From NCBI GenBank assembly GCA_036172245.1, contig JAYWIR010000003.1, positions 5,642,001-5,706,000 of the forward strand: a DNA stretch of 64,000 bases. Direction: 5' to 3'. The notes beneath the pieces are model-generated. The model was not told the DNA's origin, ran no database searches, and was given only the letters and a program-made list of their open reading frames with translations. The position numbers were made by a program, and so were the translations under genes. Origin of the DNA: Raillietiella orientalis (Eukaryota). Below, in pieces: positions 41,700 through 54,408 of the stretch. The stretch's first letter is position 1. Each line of letters starts with the position of its first letter.

Positions 41700-44600
41700 A
41701 CGAGGTGCAAAGTTGAACCAAGGAAGAAATCGTAGACCAAATGTTAGATTTTGGCACTGTCCACCGTTCGGAATCCTTCCTCCATGAGTATGGAGAGATC
41801 CAGGATTCCGACGGGCAAAAGTTGGCTTTTCTGGGCATTGATTTTTAAGCCCAATCCTTCTTCCATAAGCTCCGGCACATCCAGAAACGTACGCTGATCC
41901 CTCTCCCCTTTAAGGAAGAAGAGATCATCCGCGTAAGCCAGATGGGTGAGTCTTTGTTTGTCAATGTTTATTCCGCAGAGGCGTCCACTTTTCTCAATAA
42001 ACGATGACAGTGCTTCCATGTAGATGACGAATAGTATCGGACTGAGAGCGTCACCTTGGCGGACTTCTCGTTCCACCCGGATGGCTGCTGTCTCTTCCCC
42101 GTTTATCTTTATCCGAAAGTGTTGCTCTTCAAGTATCATCTTCACGAAGTTCCTGAATTGTTCCGGGAGGCTCAGTCTTCCTAAAATCTTCAGCAGCATC
42201 CCATGGTCCACCGTATCGAAAGCTTTCTCCATGTGAGTGAAACCCACTACCAAGTTCTCGGCGATATATCGGCTGAGACCAATGGTAGTTTGGGAACACT
42301 TGACACTGTCCGACATGTGGTGTCCGGGCACTGCACATGTCTGGACGGGAGAAATGAGCTGTGGCATGACCTTGCCTAAGGGGCTAGCCCAGATCTTTGC
42401 TAACCACTTGGCATCGCTGTTCAGGATTGAGATTGGCCTCCATTGGGTAACATTAGTCAGATCACCTCCTTTCGGCAACAATCTCATCCTGCTCTCGTAG
42501 AAGGATGAAGTTAATCATTCTTCTTGTCAGATGCAGAGCGTCAACAGGCATGCGAGTACCGCTGATAGTGAGAGATGGGGACACTGTCAGGGCCCGCCGC
42601 CACATCCTTGCGAAGTTCTACAAACACAGCTTTCCTTTCTTCTTCGGAGATTTCCTCTTCAAGCATCTTCCGATAGTTTTCACTCGTCCGTCTTTCCAGG
42701 TGTCGCAGAAAAACTCCTTGATTAGTCGGGCACAGATGTCTTCGTCGAAGTGCTCCACGTAATGCCTCTGGAAGGCGTCCGCGATGTCCACCGACGTGTG
42801 TCGACTGTGGCCATCGTACTGGATGCAGAAGATTCTGTTTCCAGATTCTTATTCTCAAGCATGACGATTCCCCCTTTTACATTTTGGAAGACATACCGAC
42901 TCTTGTATTGTTCCCAGTACTTCGAGAGGGAGCGATCTTGTGTGCAGCTCCCGGTACGCTTCCTGCCTCGGTCGCTTGTCACCTAACTGCATGTTGCAGA
43001 ACAGGTGATCTCGATGTTTCAAGCTATCCCGGTCGGCGACTCTGCGGATACTGGTCGTCTGCAGAATTGTCTCCATAACTTCTTGTGGCCCTTGTGGCCT
43101 TCTTTCGCCGAAGGTTTTCAGTCTGCAGGGAAAACCTCACCAGCGGGTGATCGGACAGCAAAGTGGGCGTGTCACGAAACCCATGGATACGGTTCCCTAT
43201 ATCGGAGCTCTAGAGGACGTAGTCGATCGGCTTGTGGCTGGCTATTAGTCACAGCAACCCAAACCCGTCGGAAGCCGCCGATACGACGTCCTACCTCTGG
43301 AGTCCCGGGAATGGATGATTTCGTCCAGGATGTTGAAATCTCCACGATGGGATCACGATGTCATTCGGTGCGTTCTTTTGTTGGAGTGTTTCGTGGAGCG
43401 CCTCCGCGCATTGATGCTTTTGGTGGTGTGGTCCGTATACGTTCACCAAGAATAGGTGAACAGTAGCGGACCAGGACAGTCGTACGCCGATTATGCGTCC
43501 CGGCATTGCCACCCGGATACGCGGGGACGTTCACTTAAACTCTCCTTAAGGTCATTACAAAAACGTGGTACAAGGCTCCACTAACGGCAAGCATTTCGCA
43601 GGACCTGCCGGGACGCCGGGACGCAGACCAGTGCGACTCTCCTAGGCAGTGGAAGGGGATGGGGGAAAAAAACAAAAAGAAAAATAAAACAATAAGAGAA
43701 AAAAAAACGAATTTGGAGGGCGGGGAATGGACCACTGACCACTGGAAGGAGGGTGCATCCTTTGCAGGATGCCCTCGAGGTCCTTCTTCAGTCCACCCAG
43801 CTGAAGCCATTCGGTATCTTGCGCCCCGTCATGGGACAGAAGACTTCCAGGAAGGCCCGTTCGTTCTTCACTGGCCACTCCCTCTGTGTTCTTCTGTCCC
43901 TCTCTGGCGAACGGTTTTGCGTTCAATCGCCGTTCCATGTAGAGGCTGATGGCTTACCCCATCACGTGGGTTTCTTGCAGACACACTATATCTTGATGTG
44001 CGATGGTTCGCACAATCCTTTTTCGCTTTGCCAAGTCGGTAAGTCCATTAACATTCCAGGAGGCGATGTTGATGGTGGTTGTTTGCAGCATCGCCTCAAT
44101 AAGCTGTTGGTGACCGGGAAACGTCTCGAACCAGGCGGGCATACAGATGAGTGCCGCCCTTGTGGCCTTTCTGCGCCGAGGATTTTCTGTTTTCAAGGAG
44201 AACCGTACAGTGGATGATCGGACAACAGGGTCTGCGTGTCACGAAATCCATGGATGTGGTTTCCTATCTCGGAGCTGTACAGGACATGATCGATGGGTTT
44301 GTGGCTGGCTGTTATCCACAAAAGTCCAAACTCGTCTGACAGCTGCCGATACGCTGTCCTTCCTCTGGCGTCCTGTGAATGGGTCATTTCGTCCAGGATG
44401 TTCAGGTCCCCCTGCTATTATGACGACATCCTTCGATGTGGCTTTTTGGCGAAGTGCTCCGTGAAGCACCTCAGCACATCGGTGTTTTTGGTGGTGTGGT
44501 CCATGCACGTTCACCAAAAACAGGTGAACGTTGGAGGACTAGGACAGTCGCAATCCGACGATTCTGCCAGGCATGGGGCAGCAGGTTTCCAGGATGGAGG

Positions 44601-46628
44601 GGGCGAGATTGTTCTTGATTAATATCGCCACCCCCATTGTGTTCCTTCTCCCTTCGCTGACGAACAATTGTGCGTTCAATCGTTGTTCTATCTCGAGGCT
44701 GATCTGATGCCCGAGGGTATGGGTCTCCTGAAGGAACACGATGTCTTGATGTGCGACGGTCCGAATCATCCTTCTTCTTTTCATCTGGTCGGTAAGTCCA
44801 TTCACGTTCCAGGAGGCGATGTTGAGCCTCCTGGCGGTGGACAGGAACGAGGCCATAGGGGTTTTTTAGGTGCGGTTTTTCCGCGGTTTCTTCTGCTTCG
44901 GAGAGGTTGCGGCTCTCCGCACGGGTGTTTTGTCGCCTCCAGAGTCGCTCTCAGTTTCAGTGAAGTCCGTGGACTCCGTCTCCTCCACCGGTTGCTTCGC
45001 CTTGGCGTGCTTCTCGGTAGCTCCCTTAGGCTCACCGTCGCACAGTAGTTTGTTTTCACTTTGAGCAATTCGTTCTCCAGCTGTTCACGCTGGGAATCTT
45101 CCGCTCTTATTAATTTCACCTTGAATTTCGCAGATGCGAGCCAGGATACATTCTTTTTCAGCGTTGTTCACTGCCGGGTGAATCGCCTCCTGTATTTGGG
45201 CCACTTCCTCAGTGATACGTAGGGATTCCTGCGAGGTGAGGGTTGGCTCCTGAACTTCCATGCCTTCCATGGTTGGTTCGGTTGTGGTGTCCTTCGTTTC
45301 TTGCAGGTTCAACTTTCCGTTTACTTTTGCTCTTCTTTGCGATTTCCTCGAAGCCGTCTTCGGTGACGACTTCCGCCTTCGGTTTGGGTGGGATCATTTG
45401 GGTTTGATTCCGAATCGGTCGGAGTGGCGAGAGTCCACGCATCGTACGCCGTCCGGCGTACTCCTCGCAGTTCCACCGTTCGTGCGCTGCCCTCTTGCAA
45501 AACACAGAGACTTCCGGTTGGTCGCAAGCACTGGCGTGGTGCCCTTGCTTGCCACAGCGATAGCACCTTGCCCGGGGAGATGCACCTACTCGCTGTCCAA
45601 AATTTTTACAACCGGTGTAGAAGATCGGCTGTTGGCTATACCTGACGAGCACCTCTTGTGAGTGTTCGTGGATACGGACGACACCCGGGATCTGTGCACC
45701 TTCCTTAAGGTGTATTCTAACTCGTTCTTCTCCGGAGAACACCTTGCCCACGCGGTTCTTGAACTCAATGCTCCGAATCTCGCCATATTGGCTCATAAAC
45801 TTCCAAATAGCCTGTTTGGTGGTGTGCAGACTGATGCCGGCGAGGTACACCATGGTGTGTATGGAATCGCCGCTCCCCGCAACCCTACCACTCTTCCGTT
45901 AATTGTAATTCCCTGTTCGACTAGGGCATCAATGAGCGGCTCGCTGTAGGTATAGATGGTGAAGCCGCTCACGCTCAGGACTATTCCCTGGTCCCTGTCA
46001 AAGTCCACATTTTCCTTGTATAAAGCGAGGTACACGTCTTTGATATTTCCGACCCGTACCAATCCCGTTTTAAAGGTGATGGTCTTGACCTCCGGTCCGA
46101 CGGCCACCATCGGCTCATCTACGTTTTCCACTTGCGTGGTTTCCGGTTTTGCGAAGGTTTGTCCGCTGTGCGTGGCCACTTTCCCCACTGCCACTGCCGC
46201 GTACGAGAAGGCGCGGCCGGCTGTGGCGTTGGAGCAAAGTGGCGTCACGTCTTGCGCGTTCCGTGGCTTAGGTTTCGCGGCTGGTGCTCGCTGGGCCGTC
46301 GCCTGGTCGACCGCCGTTACCTCCATCGGCGTCGCTGGCTTCGCAACCGGAGTGGCCTGCATCCTGTCCGTGGACGAGGGGACGTCCGTCGTGGGTAGGT
46401 TCGAGTCGTCCACCTGGCGGTAATCCTCGCTTGGGGGCTCCGGAGTGTGCGGGTGGGGCTTGGTGGGTCGCTGGTCACTCACTTTCCACTTGATCACTTA
46501 CCCGCTCGGGGCACGCAAAAATTGGCGCGGCAGCGGTATTGCACGTTGCCTTGGCGGGGTATTGGGTATAGTTTTTAACAAGCAATGTCGCGGTGGTGTC
46601 GATCGTGGTTCACGAGGTCACACCACCG
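41700..46628 (-). mobile_element. Degenerate, chimeric L1/Tx1-clade non-LTR retrotransposon (ORF1 gag, duplicated APE, RT; 3' end missing)
   Basis: ORF1 (46497-44802, frameshifted) has CYRCGKQGHHASAC. The APE motif IASWNVNGL...DIV.LQETH occurs twice (~44830 and ~44065). RT 42487-41744 has WRPISILNSD, EKAFDTV, RQGDALSP and YADD. Confidence 0.93.
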
Positions 46629-46747
46629 AATTCATTCCAATTTCATTCACAAGGCACCGCTGTAAAGCAAAGGACTGTTATACCGTTGTTCTTACCTAAC
46701 CTTTATTGCAGGTCTTTCACTTGACCCAACGCTTATACGTGCAAGAC

Positions 46748-47495
46748 ATGATCGAGCCTCTCACTGAGGAACAAGAAACCATGTTGCGTGTTAACGCTAC
46801 CTTTATCTTGACCCTACCACCACTAGACGGCGACGTGGAAGTTGGCATTACAACCGGAGCCTGCTCGTCTCGCACATGATAAACTTATGCCAGTTTTTTA
46901 CGTGCGAGGAGCGACATGGAAGATGTCATTCACATCTGCTTGTGCGTGGTATTTGAACACGCATTCCACATCAGCAAGACACAAAAAATATTTTATTGCC
47001 GGGCCCCATGCATTGTTCAGTTATGGGCTCTTACGCACGTGCCGCAAACATGAGCAAAACATCCCAGATGGTGACTGGGTAGTTAGCCAAATTAACCTGG
47101 AATTAACACTCGACCAGTGCAGCATCGTAAACAGCTATCAAAACAACGAAATAGTACGCCACATGCTAGCCCTCATCGTAGCCACTAAGGCCTCCTGGTG
47201 GCTATGTAACCACCATATGGGCATTAGCACCCGCGATGAATTAGGAGTAGGGCATCCTGCAAAAGTGGTGCGCGTGTACTTTCCCGAAGTGGATGCATCT
47301 ACGCTTATAAACATCGCATACCAGTTAGGGCATTACACAAGTACGTTATATGTCCTTTCTAAAGCCGACTTTCAGGGCTTACTCCCCACTGATGAGATTC
47401 CCTCATTCGAGGAGGAATATACCACTTGGGACTTAGCGAGAGATGCTAAGCTACGCTTCCCCTCCACACCTGCCGGCACGCATAGGTTTGCGCTC
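46748..47495 (+). pseudogene. Putative non-retroviral endogenous viral element: Qinviridae-like nucleoprotein, frameshifted near 46858 and C-terminally truncated
   Basis: The motifs ATKASWWLCNHHMG (47181-47222), LGHYTST..VL and DAKLRFPSTPAGTH match my recollection of qin-like virus segment-2 nucleocapsid proteins. The ORF is intronless and GC-balanced. The frame from ATG 46748 shifts into the 46842 ORF. Not database-verified. Confidence 0.7.
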
Positions 47496-47498
47496 AGA

Positions 47499-49770
47499 AT
47501 GGAGGATGCATTAATAAAATACAAATGTAGGAGATGTAGTGAGTATATACACTTAACGAGGCCCTCGCGCCATGTTAGTGATGGAGAACTCTCTTCGCCT
47601 GCCCCGTGGCAACGGTACGAATATCAACGAGACTCGTTTATACAAGACCGGAGTGTGGCATGGCCTTTTCCACGAGAAAAGGCCTAACAAACCATCAGAT
47701 CTGGCATGAACGAACTGGGAGGATGCCACCTACCAACGGACGAAGGACGGTGAAAATGGAAGCTCCATCCATTAATATACTTGGAGAAGGGAGCCAAAAA
47801 GAGAATATCCAGGAAGCAGAGAAGCGAGATAACACGTCGGTAGGAACGATACCTGAGATGCACCTGCTAGAAGCAAGGGGGGATGAAGGGCTGTGTGGCA
47901 ACTTTGAAACAATTATAGGCCCTCTGATCGATGAAGAGCTGAAAGAAGACACGGGAAAGGAAAGGTTACAGCCCGCTCCCATCGACTACAGAGTGTAATG
48001 TGATTCCCCCCTCCTTCTAGACCATCATCCCCCAGTCACAGTTGCTCAAGTGAACAAACGAGAACACTCAGCAGGGACGAGCAGAATGGAAACTATACAG
48101 AAAATATGGAAACCGAAAGGCAGGCCAGGAAAGTGAACATGGAGAGCGAACTACTCCTCAAAATTCAGAGAGGAGCGAATTCATCTCTAGAGGATCCTAG
48201 ATGATGAAAGGCCTCGTTGGGAGGAATTTCTTCTGAGATATCAGGGTGTAAAGGTAAAAATTCAAGAGATACTAAGCATAAAAACAGAGAGAAAAAGTGG
48301 AAAGAAGCCGATTGACCCTAACAACAGATCGTCAATTCAAAAACTTTACAACATGAACAGAAGAAGAGCAGTTAGATCGATTTTAGGCCAGCAGGACCCA
48401 ACTTGCAAGTTGGAGGTTAGCAAGGTAGAAAAGCATTTTCAGAATGAGTTGGAGACAAAACAGGAAACAGACAAAGAGCTTACCAAGAAGATATTGCTAG
48501 GAAGAGGTCAAGCGGCATCCCCCGTAGACCTAAACCCATTTACGCAAGAAGAGGTACTGGGGATACTGCGGAGTGAGGAGAATTCATCCCCCGAAGATGG
48601 AACCAACTACGCAGGATGGAAGAGCATTGATCCAGAGGCGGAAATGCTTACAATACTCTTTAATATCTTAAAAAGGTTTCGTCGAATCCCAGAGGAGTGG
48701 AAGTGCACCAGAACAATACTCATAGCGAAAAACCCCTCAGCAGCTGAAGACATCTCCAGCTGGAGGCCAACATCCATTGGCAATAGTGCCTACAGACTGT
48801 ACGCCAAATGCTTGGCCGCCCGAATAAGAAGATGGATTTTGGAAAACGAGATCATCGGCACCCAACAGAAGGGTTTCTTGCCCTTCCATGGAGTGGTGGA
48901 ACTTCGTCTTGCAAACAAGACTGGATGCTGCCCGTCGACGGTCGAAGGACTTCTGCGCAGTCTTCTCTGCAGACTTCGCGAATGCCTTCGGCACCGTATC
49001 CCACGAAACAATCGAGCTTTTTTCACACGAACGGAATTCACCTAAGATTTCAGGATTACAAGTTTATTTATGCAGCAAGACTAAACTTACTGCCAATCAA
49101 CGCTGGACCAACCACAAAATGAACGCATATGTCGGCGCTGCGGAACAGAGGGCGAAACGCTATCCCAAATACTAAACAGATGCAAGAAGCACGTTCCTCT
49201 AGCGATGCAACGTCAATGTTCGATCCAAGAGATCATCAAGAAGGCCGCAGCGGACGAGGCAAAGTGGAGTCTTATCTCAAGCAGCCGGAGAGTACCAGGA
49301 ACCATTTCCAAACCAAGACCAGACCTGGTTTTAGAAAAAGAAAAAAGAATAAGTGTGCTGGACGTCTGCTGCCCATATGAAAACGGCCGGGAGAGAAGAA
49401 TCAAAGAGGAAAAACATAGGGGTATCTCGCATTGCAGCCCGGAAGTAGTGGGAAGCAAAACAAAGGTGCATGCGATCATCGGTTCTCTGGGAGCATGGGG
49501 TCCTGCAAATGAACAAGCAATCCAGTACTTAGGGATGCTGAAGAGAAAGTTTATGGAGCTGAGCCACCGGACGGTGGCCACCTGTATCCGGTCCTCAAGA
49601 GCCATTTATGCAACTCATGTCAAGAAGAAAAACGGCAACTACCTCGATGATTTAGACAATGATCTCCCTTCGCAGGATCACGAGCAAGTCAGAGAAACCC
49701 CATGAGGAAAATATCAACTGCGTAAGACTGTACAGAGCCTTTTGTAATCACACAAAACGAACAATAAAGC
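47499..49770 (+). mobile_element. Degenerate NeSL/R2-type (RLE) non-LTR retrotransposon, copy 2, with a large internal deletion
   Basis: N-terminal zinc fingers (YKCRRC..H; ECGMAFSTRKGLTNHQIWH) precede the RT start (WRPTSIG, QQKGFLP, ADFANAFGTVSH). This is joined directly to HTNGIHLRFQDYKFIYAARLN, the CCHC knuckle and RLE RPDLV..DVCCPYEN. AATAAA at 49763. Confidence 0.9.
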
Positions 49771-51504
49771 TTATATTTTCGAAATGTCTGCTGTTTACTT
49801 GTATTCTTCAAATCAGATGCCATATTTGAGTTGTAAGCAACGTTTACATCCTTAGAATTAAGTTTGGTTCTATATGGGTAGCAGAAGTGAGTAAATGTAT
49901 GACAGGAAACATTTTCGTGAAATGCTTTGTAATGCCTAAGTAATACCACAGCCTATTCGTTTAGATTTATCAACGATAGTGCGGAGTGTTCTCTGCATCA
50001 TATGCTACTTTTATTTCAAATATTTTCTGGTTCATTTGGAAGCATATTTATTCAAAGATTGTTTGCGATTATGCATAAAGTTTTCCAGACTGTCATCTTT
50101 TCCGTAGGTAACTTTCATCTTTCACGGCACCTGGTTCAAAAATAGTTCAGGACTAAATGACCAGGGTTTTGACACGAAGCTAACAATTATGGATGCTAAT
50201 TTCTGATTTGGACATCAAGGTGTTTCGTACTCATAAAATTAGCCATTTTATTTATACAAAATTAATTAAACTCTTGAATCTTACGAACACCAAGTTAAGC
50301 AAACAATGATTCAGTCCTGAGACTCGCTTATGCACATGAAGTTAAAATACATTATACATGCCCAACTCTTCGTAATTTCGGAGAACTACTAAATCATGCC
50401 ACTAACACACGATTTATGAACACTCAATTTCGCAACCATTATTTTGCTTAACATGCAGGCATTTTGATGTCACTGAACCATAGTACAATCTCACAAATCC
50501 TTGCATCAAGTTACAGTCATTTTAAACCCTTGCAAGCTCAAAAATTCTGCAGAAAAGCATTATCTCATTCCTTCATTCTTTCATTTAAATGTTTGAATAA
50601 TTTGCAAACTTCGATTTCGTTGTTTCATTGGTGTTTTCTGAGTCTTGCAACTTTCTGTTTTCGTTTTTTTTCACCCATACTACCCCAGTTCACAGAACAC
50701 TACTTCATTGCTTACAAAAAAAAAATATCAGGAACTAAAAAATACACTACTGCCTTCATTCTGCTTCTTGCTAAAAATTTAAATCATCAACATGGATGAA
50801 AGCAACTCAACATCACTTCATCCATATTTTATCACAATTTTCTCCTCCAAAATGAAAAAATTCTAGGAATCCATTAATTATAGTGTGTTCAATGCAATAT
50901 ACTTTTCCCATCTTATTAATTAATCAAGAACACAGATTATGGGAAACGTGCAAGTTTTAAGCTGAATTACATATCAGATGATTGCCTGACCAAATTAAAA
51001 AATAAATTGTTCCAAGGAATACAGAAATTGCTGTGATGCATGCATAGGTGAACATTGGGTGATTATCTACCCTCATCTACACAACATTAAATCTAGAACA
51101 ATTGAAATGCCAAAAATGAGCATTTCGTACTTTTTTCTGCTACGATATGCACCACTATTATGAAAAATTCAAAAATGGTTGACTCAAATAAATTTGTAAG
51201 ATACGAAACGAATGGATTTTATTCTCTTCTAAGTTATTAAAATGTATGTAAATACGATTCTGACTTCTCAGTAAAAACTTATACCTTAGTGATATTAACT
51301 TAGTTATAAATTCTATAAGAAATGACAGCAGTCATAATTGCAAATTTCTAAGTTGCATTTTAGAATATTTTTTGCATTCATGAATTAAAACATTCAGGTA
51401 AAAATAACAAGATCCTCAGAAATTGGAAAATTAAAGATCCAGAATTGAAGCCAATTTATTATTTAATTAACAGAACAAATTGGTATGGATACAAAAAAAA
51501 TGCT

Positions 51505-52383
51505 TTAAATTTGCACATTTGGTAGTTCAAGTACTGCATGAATTTTGCGAGCATAGTCTTGGAACAGTGCTTCAGATTTCGTGAATGCATTTAATGAAGC
51601 TTTGAGAGATTCAACAATAGTATGCAACTCTTTAAATCTAATTAATGTACTGCTTAAAAGGTTAATTTCACTACCTAAACGTGCATATTTTTCTTCCAAT
51701 TTATGATAATTATCAAAATTACACCTGCACTCACTTATAAATCTTTCAAATGGCTGAACCAAGCAAGTAAGGGCAGAAGAGGATTCAGAAGTTTGCTTTA
51801 GCCATATACTATCTATATCATCTTCACATTTCTCATTTTCGGAAAACATTGAACTCAAGCAGTTTGCATAAGCACGGGTGTTTTGTGATGCTTTGATCCC
51901 TAGAGTATCTTCTGGGCATAGGTCTTCATACTTAGTAACACTGCTTTGTTGTTCAGAATGAACTCCACTAACATGTGCCCCGAATGAATGTGTGTTCTTA
52001 AACAAAACTTCGTATTGTGCTGACAACAGTCCTTCAAAAGTAGCAATCAAATCCTTCCAGAACATTAGATTATCATTTCTTTTTAGGTCCATACCAGTCA
52101 CATATCCCAATTCACTTGGAGAACACAATCGCAATGCAACAAGACAGTTTAAAACATTTTGAATTAAATCAGAGTCAGATGTTACCTCTAGATAATATTT
52201 GAATTGAACATTCAGTTCGATAAGAATCTTGGCCAAAGTGTGAACCCTGGCTATACCAATAGAACTTATTATATTTTTTGGAAGGACATTGCACACGGAA
52301 AAAAAATTCAAGTTTGCCATTCTTGTAATGAGTTCACATTCTAGAGATTCCAATTTGGATTGGTCAAGAACATCAACAGACAT
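51505..52383 (-). CDS. HAUS augmin-like complex subunit 7-like protein (292 aa, single coding exon)
   Basis: Intact ORF. LVALRLCSPSELGYVTG...NLMFWKDLI resembles the HAUS7 LGHELMLCAPDD.ELLKG...QLHFMDQL block, and the C-terminus is coiled-coil-like. AATAAA at 51455-51460. Candidate 5'UTR micro-introns are 52403-52433 and 52498-52537. Confidence 0.55.
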   Translation of the reverse strand: MSVDVLDQSKLESLECELITRMANLNFFSVCNVLPKNIISSIGIARVHTLAKILIELNVQFKYYLEVTSDSDLIQNVLNCLVALRLCSPSELGYVTGMDLKRNDNLMFWKDLIATFEGLLSAQYEVLFKNTHSFGAHVSGVHSEQQSSVTKYEDLCPEDTLGIKASQNTRAYANCLSSMFSENEKCEDDIDSIWLKQTSESSSALTCLVQPFERFISECRCNFDNYHKLEEKYARLGSEINLLSSTLIRFKELHTIVESLKASLNAFTKSEALFQDYARKIHAVLELPNVQI

Positions 52384-52588
52384 ATTTCTCCTCAGATTTA
52401 ATCTATTTGCAACTGCTAATGAGGAAAACTAACCTACGATATAATGATTCAGCATGATGTTAAGTGCAACAAGATATTCCGACTCTCATCCATTCAGCTA
52501 TGGATAAAACTTAAAACCACCCACACTGGACACTCACATGTTATTATATGTTATTGTCATATCCCCATTAAATTGATCACTTTACAGG

Positions 52589-52609
52589 GCGAAATTCAAA
52601 TCGTTTGAA
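52589..52609. promoter_or_regulatory. Putative CHR/E2F (DREAM-type) element upstream of the HAUS7-like gene
   Basis: GCGAAATTCAAA plus a second TTTGAA; the same 12-mer lies upstream of KIF23. Confidence 0.5.
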
Positions 52610-54408
52610 CTCGGGGTTGATATACTCGCATGCCTACCTGGACTGATCTCACATTCCTATAAAACTGACTTTTTGATTCACCCAATTTTTCTCAATGCAA
52701 AAATATTTTTACAAAGATCGCATAACAAACTTCTCAAAAATATAATTATGAATTCCATTTGATGCGAATCAGGATTTCAAAGGACGTAATTTTCATACAC
52801 CCTAGGTCTTCCAACGACACAGATATTACACAGTATTACCAGTTCTTAGAACCTAAGACAGTATCAATTCCCTGTGAACGTCCCGATTTAGCAAGCATTG
52901 TTATGCAAGCGGTTTCAGAACGGCACGACTCATATTTAAATTATTTGTTAAGGAATTTTGTTGCAGTCAGTTTGGTCTCTCTTGATTGCAAGTCTCTGTC
53001 TAAGATTCGTTTATAAATTTCAATATCGAATCCTCAAAATAACGTTTATAAATGAATTTAAATTTTAACTTGACAAATAAATTTCAAGGAAATTAGGAGG
53101 ATCTCACGCAATAATATGAGTTTAACTTTACAAGTAACACAAAAGCAGTTTGATTTTGAAAATATTCAACATAGATCGAGTTTTTACATTGATTCAAGGC
53201 ATTTACACTTAGTGCTAGCACCTACTTTTCACAATTATGCAATATCCATAAGGGAACTTTTTCCTGTTTGCAAATGTCCAACAATAGGAGAAAAATGCTT
53301 TTTCGCAACAATTCTCGAAAGCACTCTAAAGATCAAGCACTTTTCAGCTATGAGTGATCATGAATGAAGATTTGAACGTATGCAAGCAGCAATGGGATCA
53401 AAGGGATGATTTTCATAAAAAATAACGTCACTATAAAAATAATTTAATGAAGAGCTATTTAAAATTTATGGTTTAAAAAACGAAAGCAGTTCTTAATGAA
53501 AAAGAATTATCACATTCATTGGTAAGAGCGTTACCAAAATCTTTTCCGTAATTTAGGAAATGACTTTTCAGTAAGCAAACAGGAATTCCGCTAAAGTTTG
53601 AGCATCTTTCCCTTAACAACAAATCAGGAAGTTGCAGGTAGGGTTTACTTGTGGCTCGCGTACGATCAGCGTGTATTTGCCCATTGATGGTGCCACTGTA
53701 CGAGCGTTTCATAATTACTTTCATTTTAGCATCCATATATTCGTTCCAAAGTATATATTCGTTGGTCTGTTTGGAATTTACTTTGCTTGACTTACGAACT
53801 TTTATTCATCTTTTTGGCAACATGACATATCCTGTAAAGTATTCCGGATGCTTCTTATTTGAATGCAGTTATCTCTACGCGTACGATGCCGTCCTCCACG
53901 AGTCTTCAGTGGGTTTTGCGCAGAAAGTCGTGCACGAGGTTTCGGTTCCCGACGAAGTTGTTTTCTGTTTCGAAAGCAATTACATGCCGGAGGACCGGTG
54001 AGCATTACGTTTTGTCTTCACACCAATGAAATTGTACATTAGTTTCCTTACATTTAAATGCGCAAAATATGGTCTAGTCTTAGCGACACGATCGTTTGTT
54101 GTAACATTTGCAAATGGTGTTCCAGTAAATTTCTGATAGTATGCTTCAGAATGGGGGTGAGTTGTGGTCGGAAGTAATTTAAAGAATGTAACACTGAACA
54201 TGCAAACAATGCCGTCTTCTGTAAAATTTCATGATATGGATTCCAGCTCAAGTTTATGGTCACATTTATTCAGTAGAAAAAAACAAAACAAAACACTGCA
54301 GCGCTTTTTTCGAAAACGTATTCATCCAACAAGCATATAATTGATAAAACTTTTGAACTCATATGCACATCATTTTAGGTATACGTAACAAAATCAATTG
54401 TTCTTCCA

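Noticed and set aside
52630..52645. ATGCCTACCTGG resembling the U1 snRNA 5' end
   Set aside because: The downstream sequence does not match U1 and no Sm site is evident.
52759..54263. Short ORFs and splice-like signals between the HAUS7-like gene and SNAPC5
   Set aside because: I could not assemble a consistent gene model; unresolved rather than excluded.
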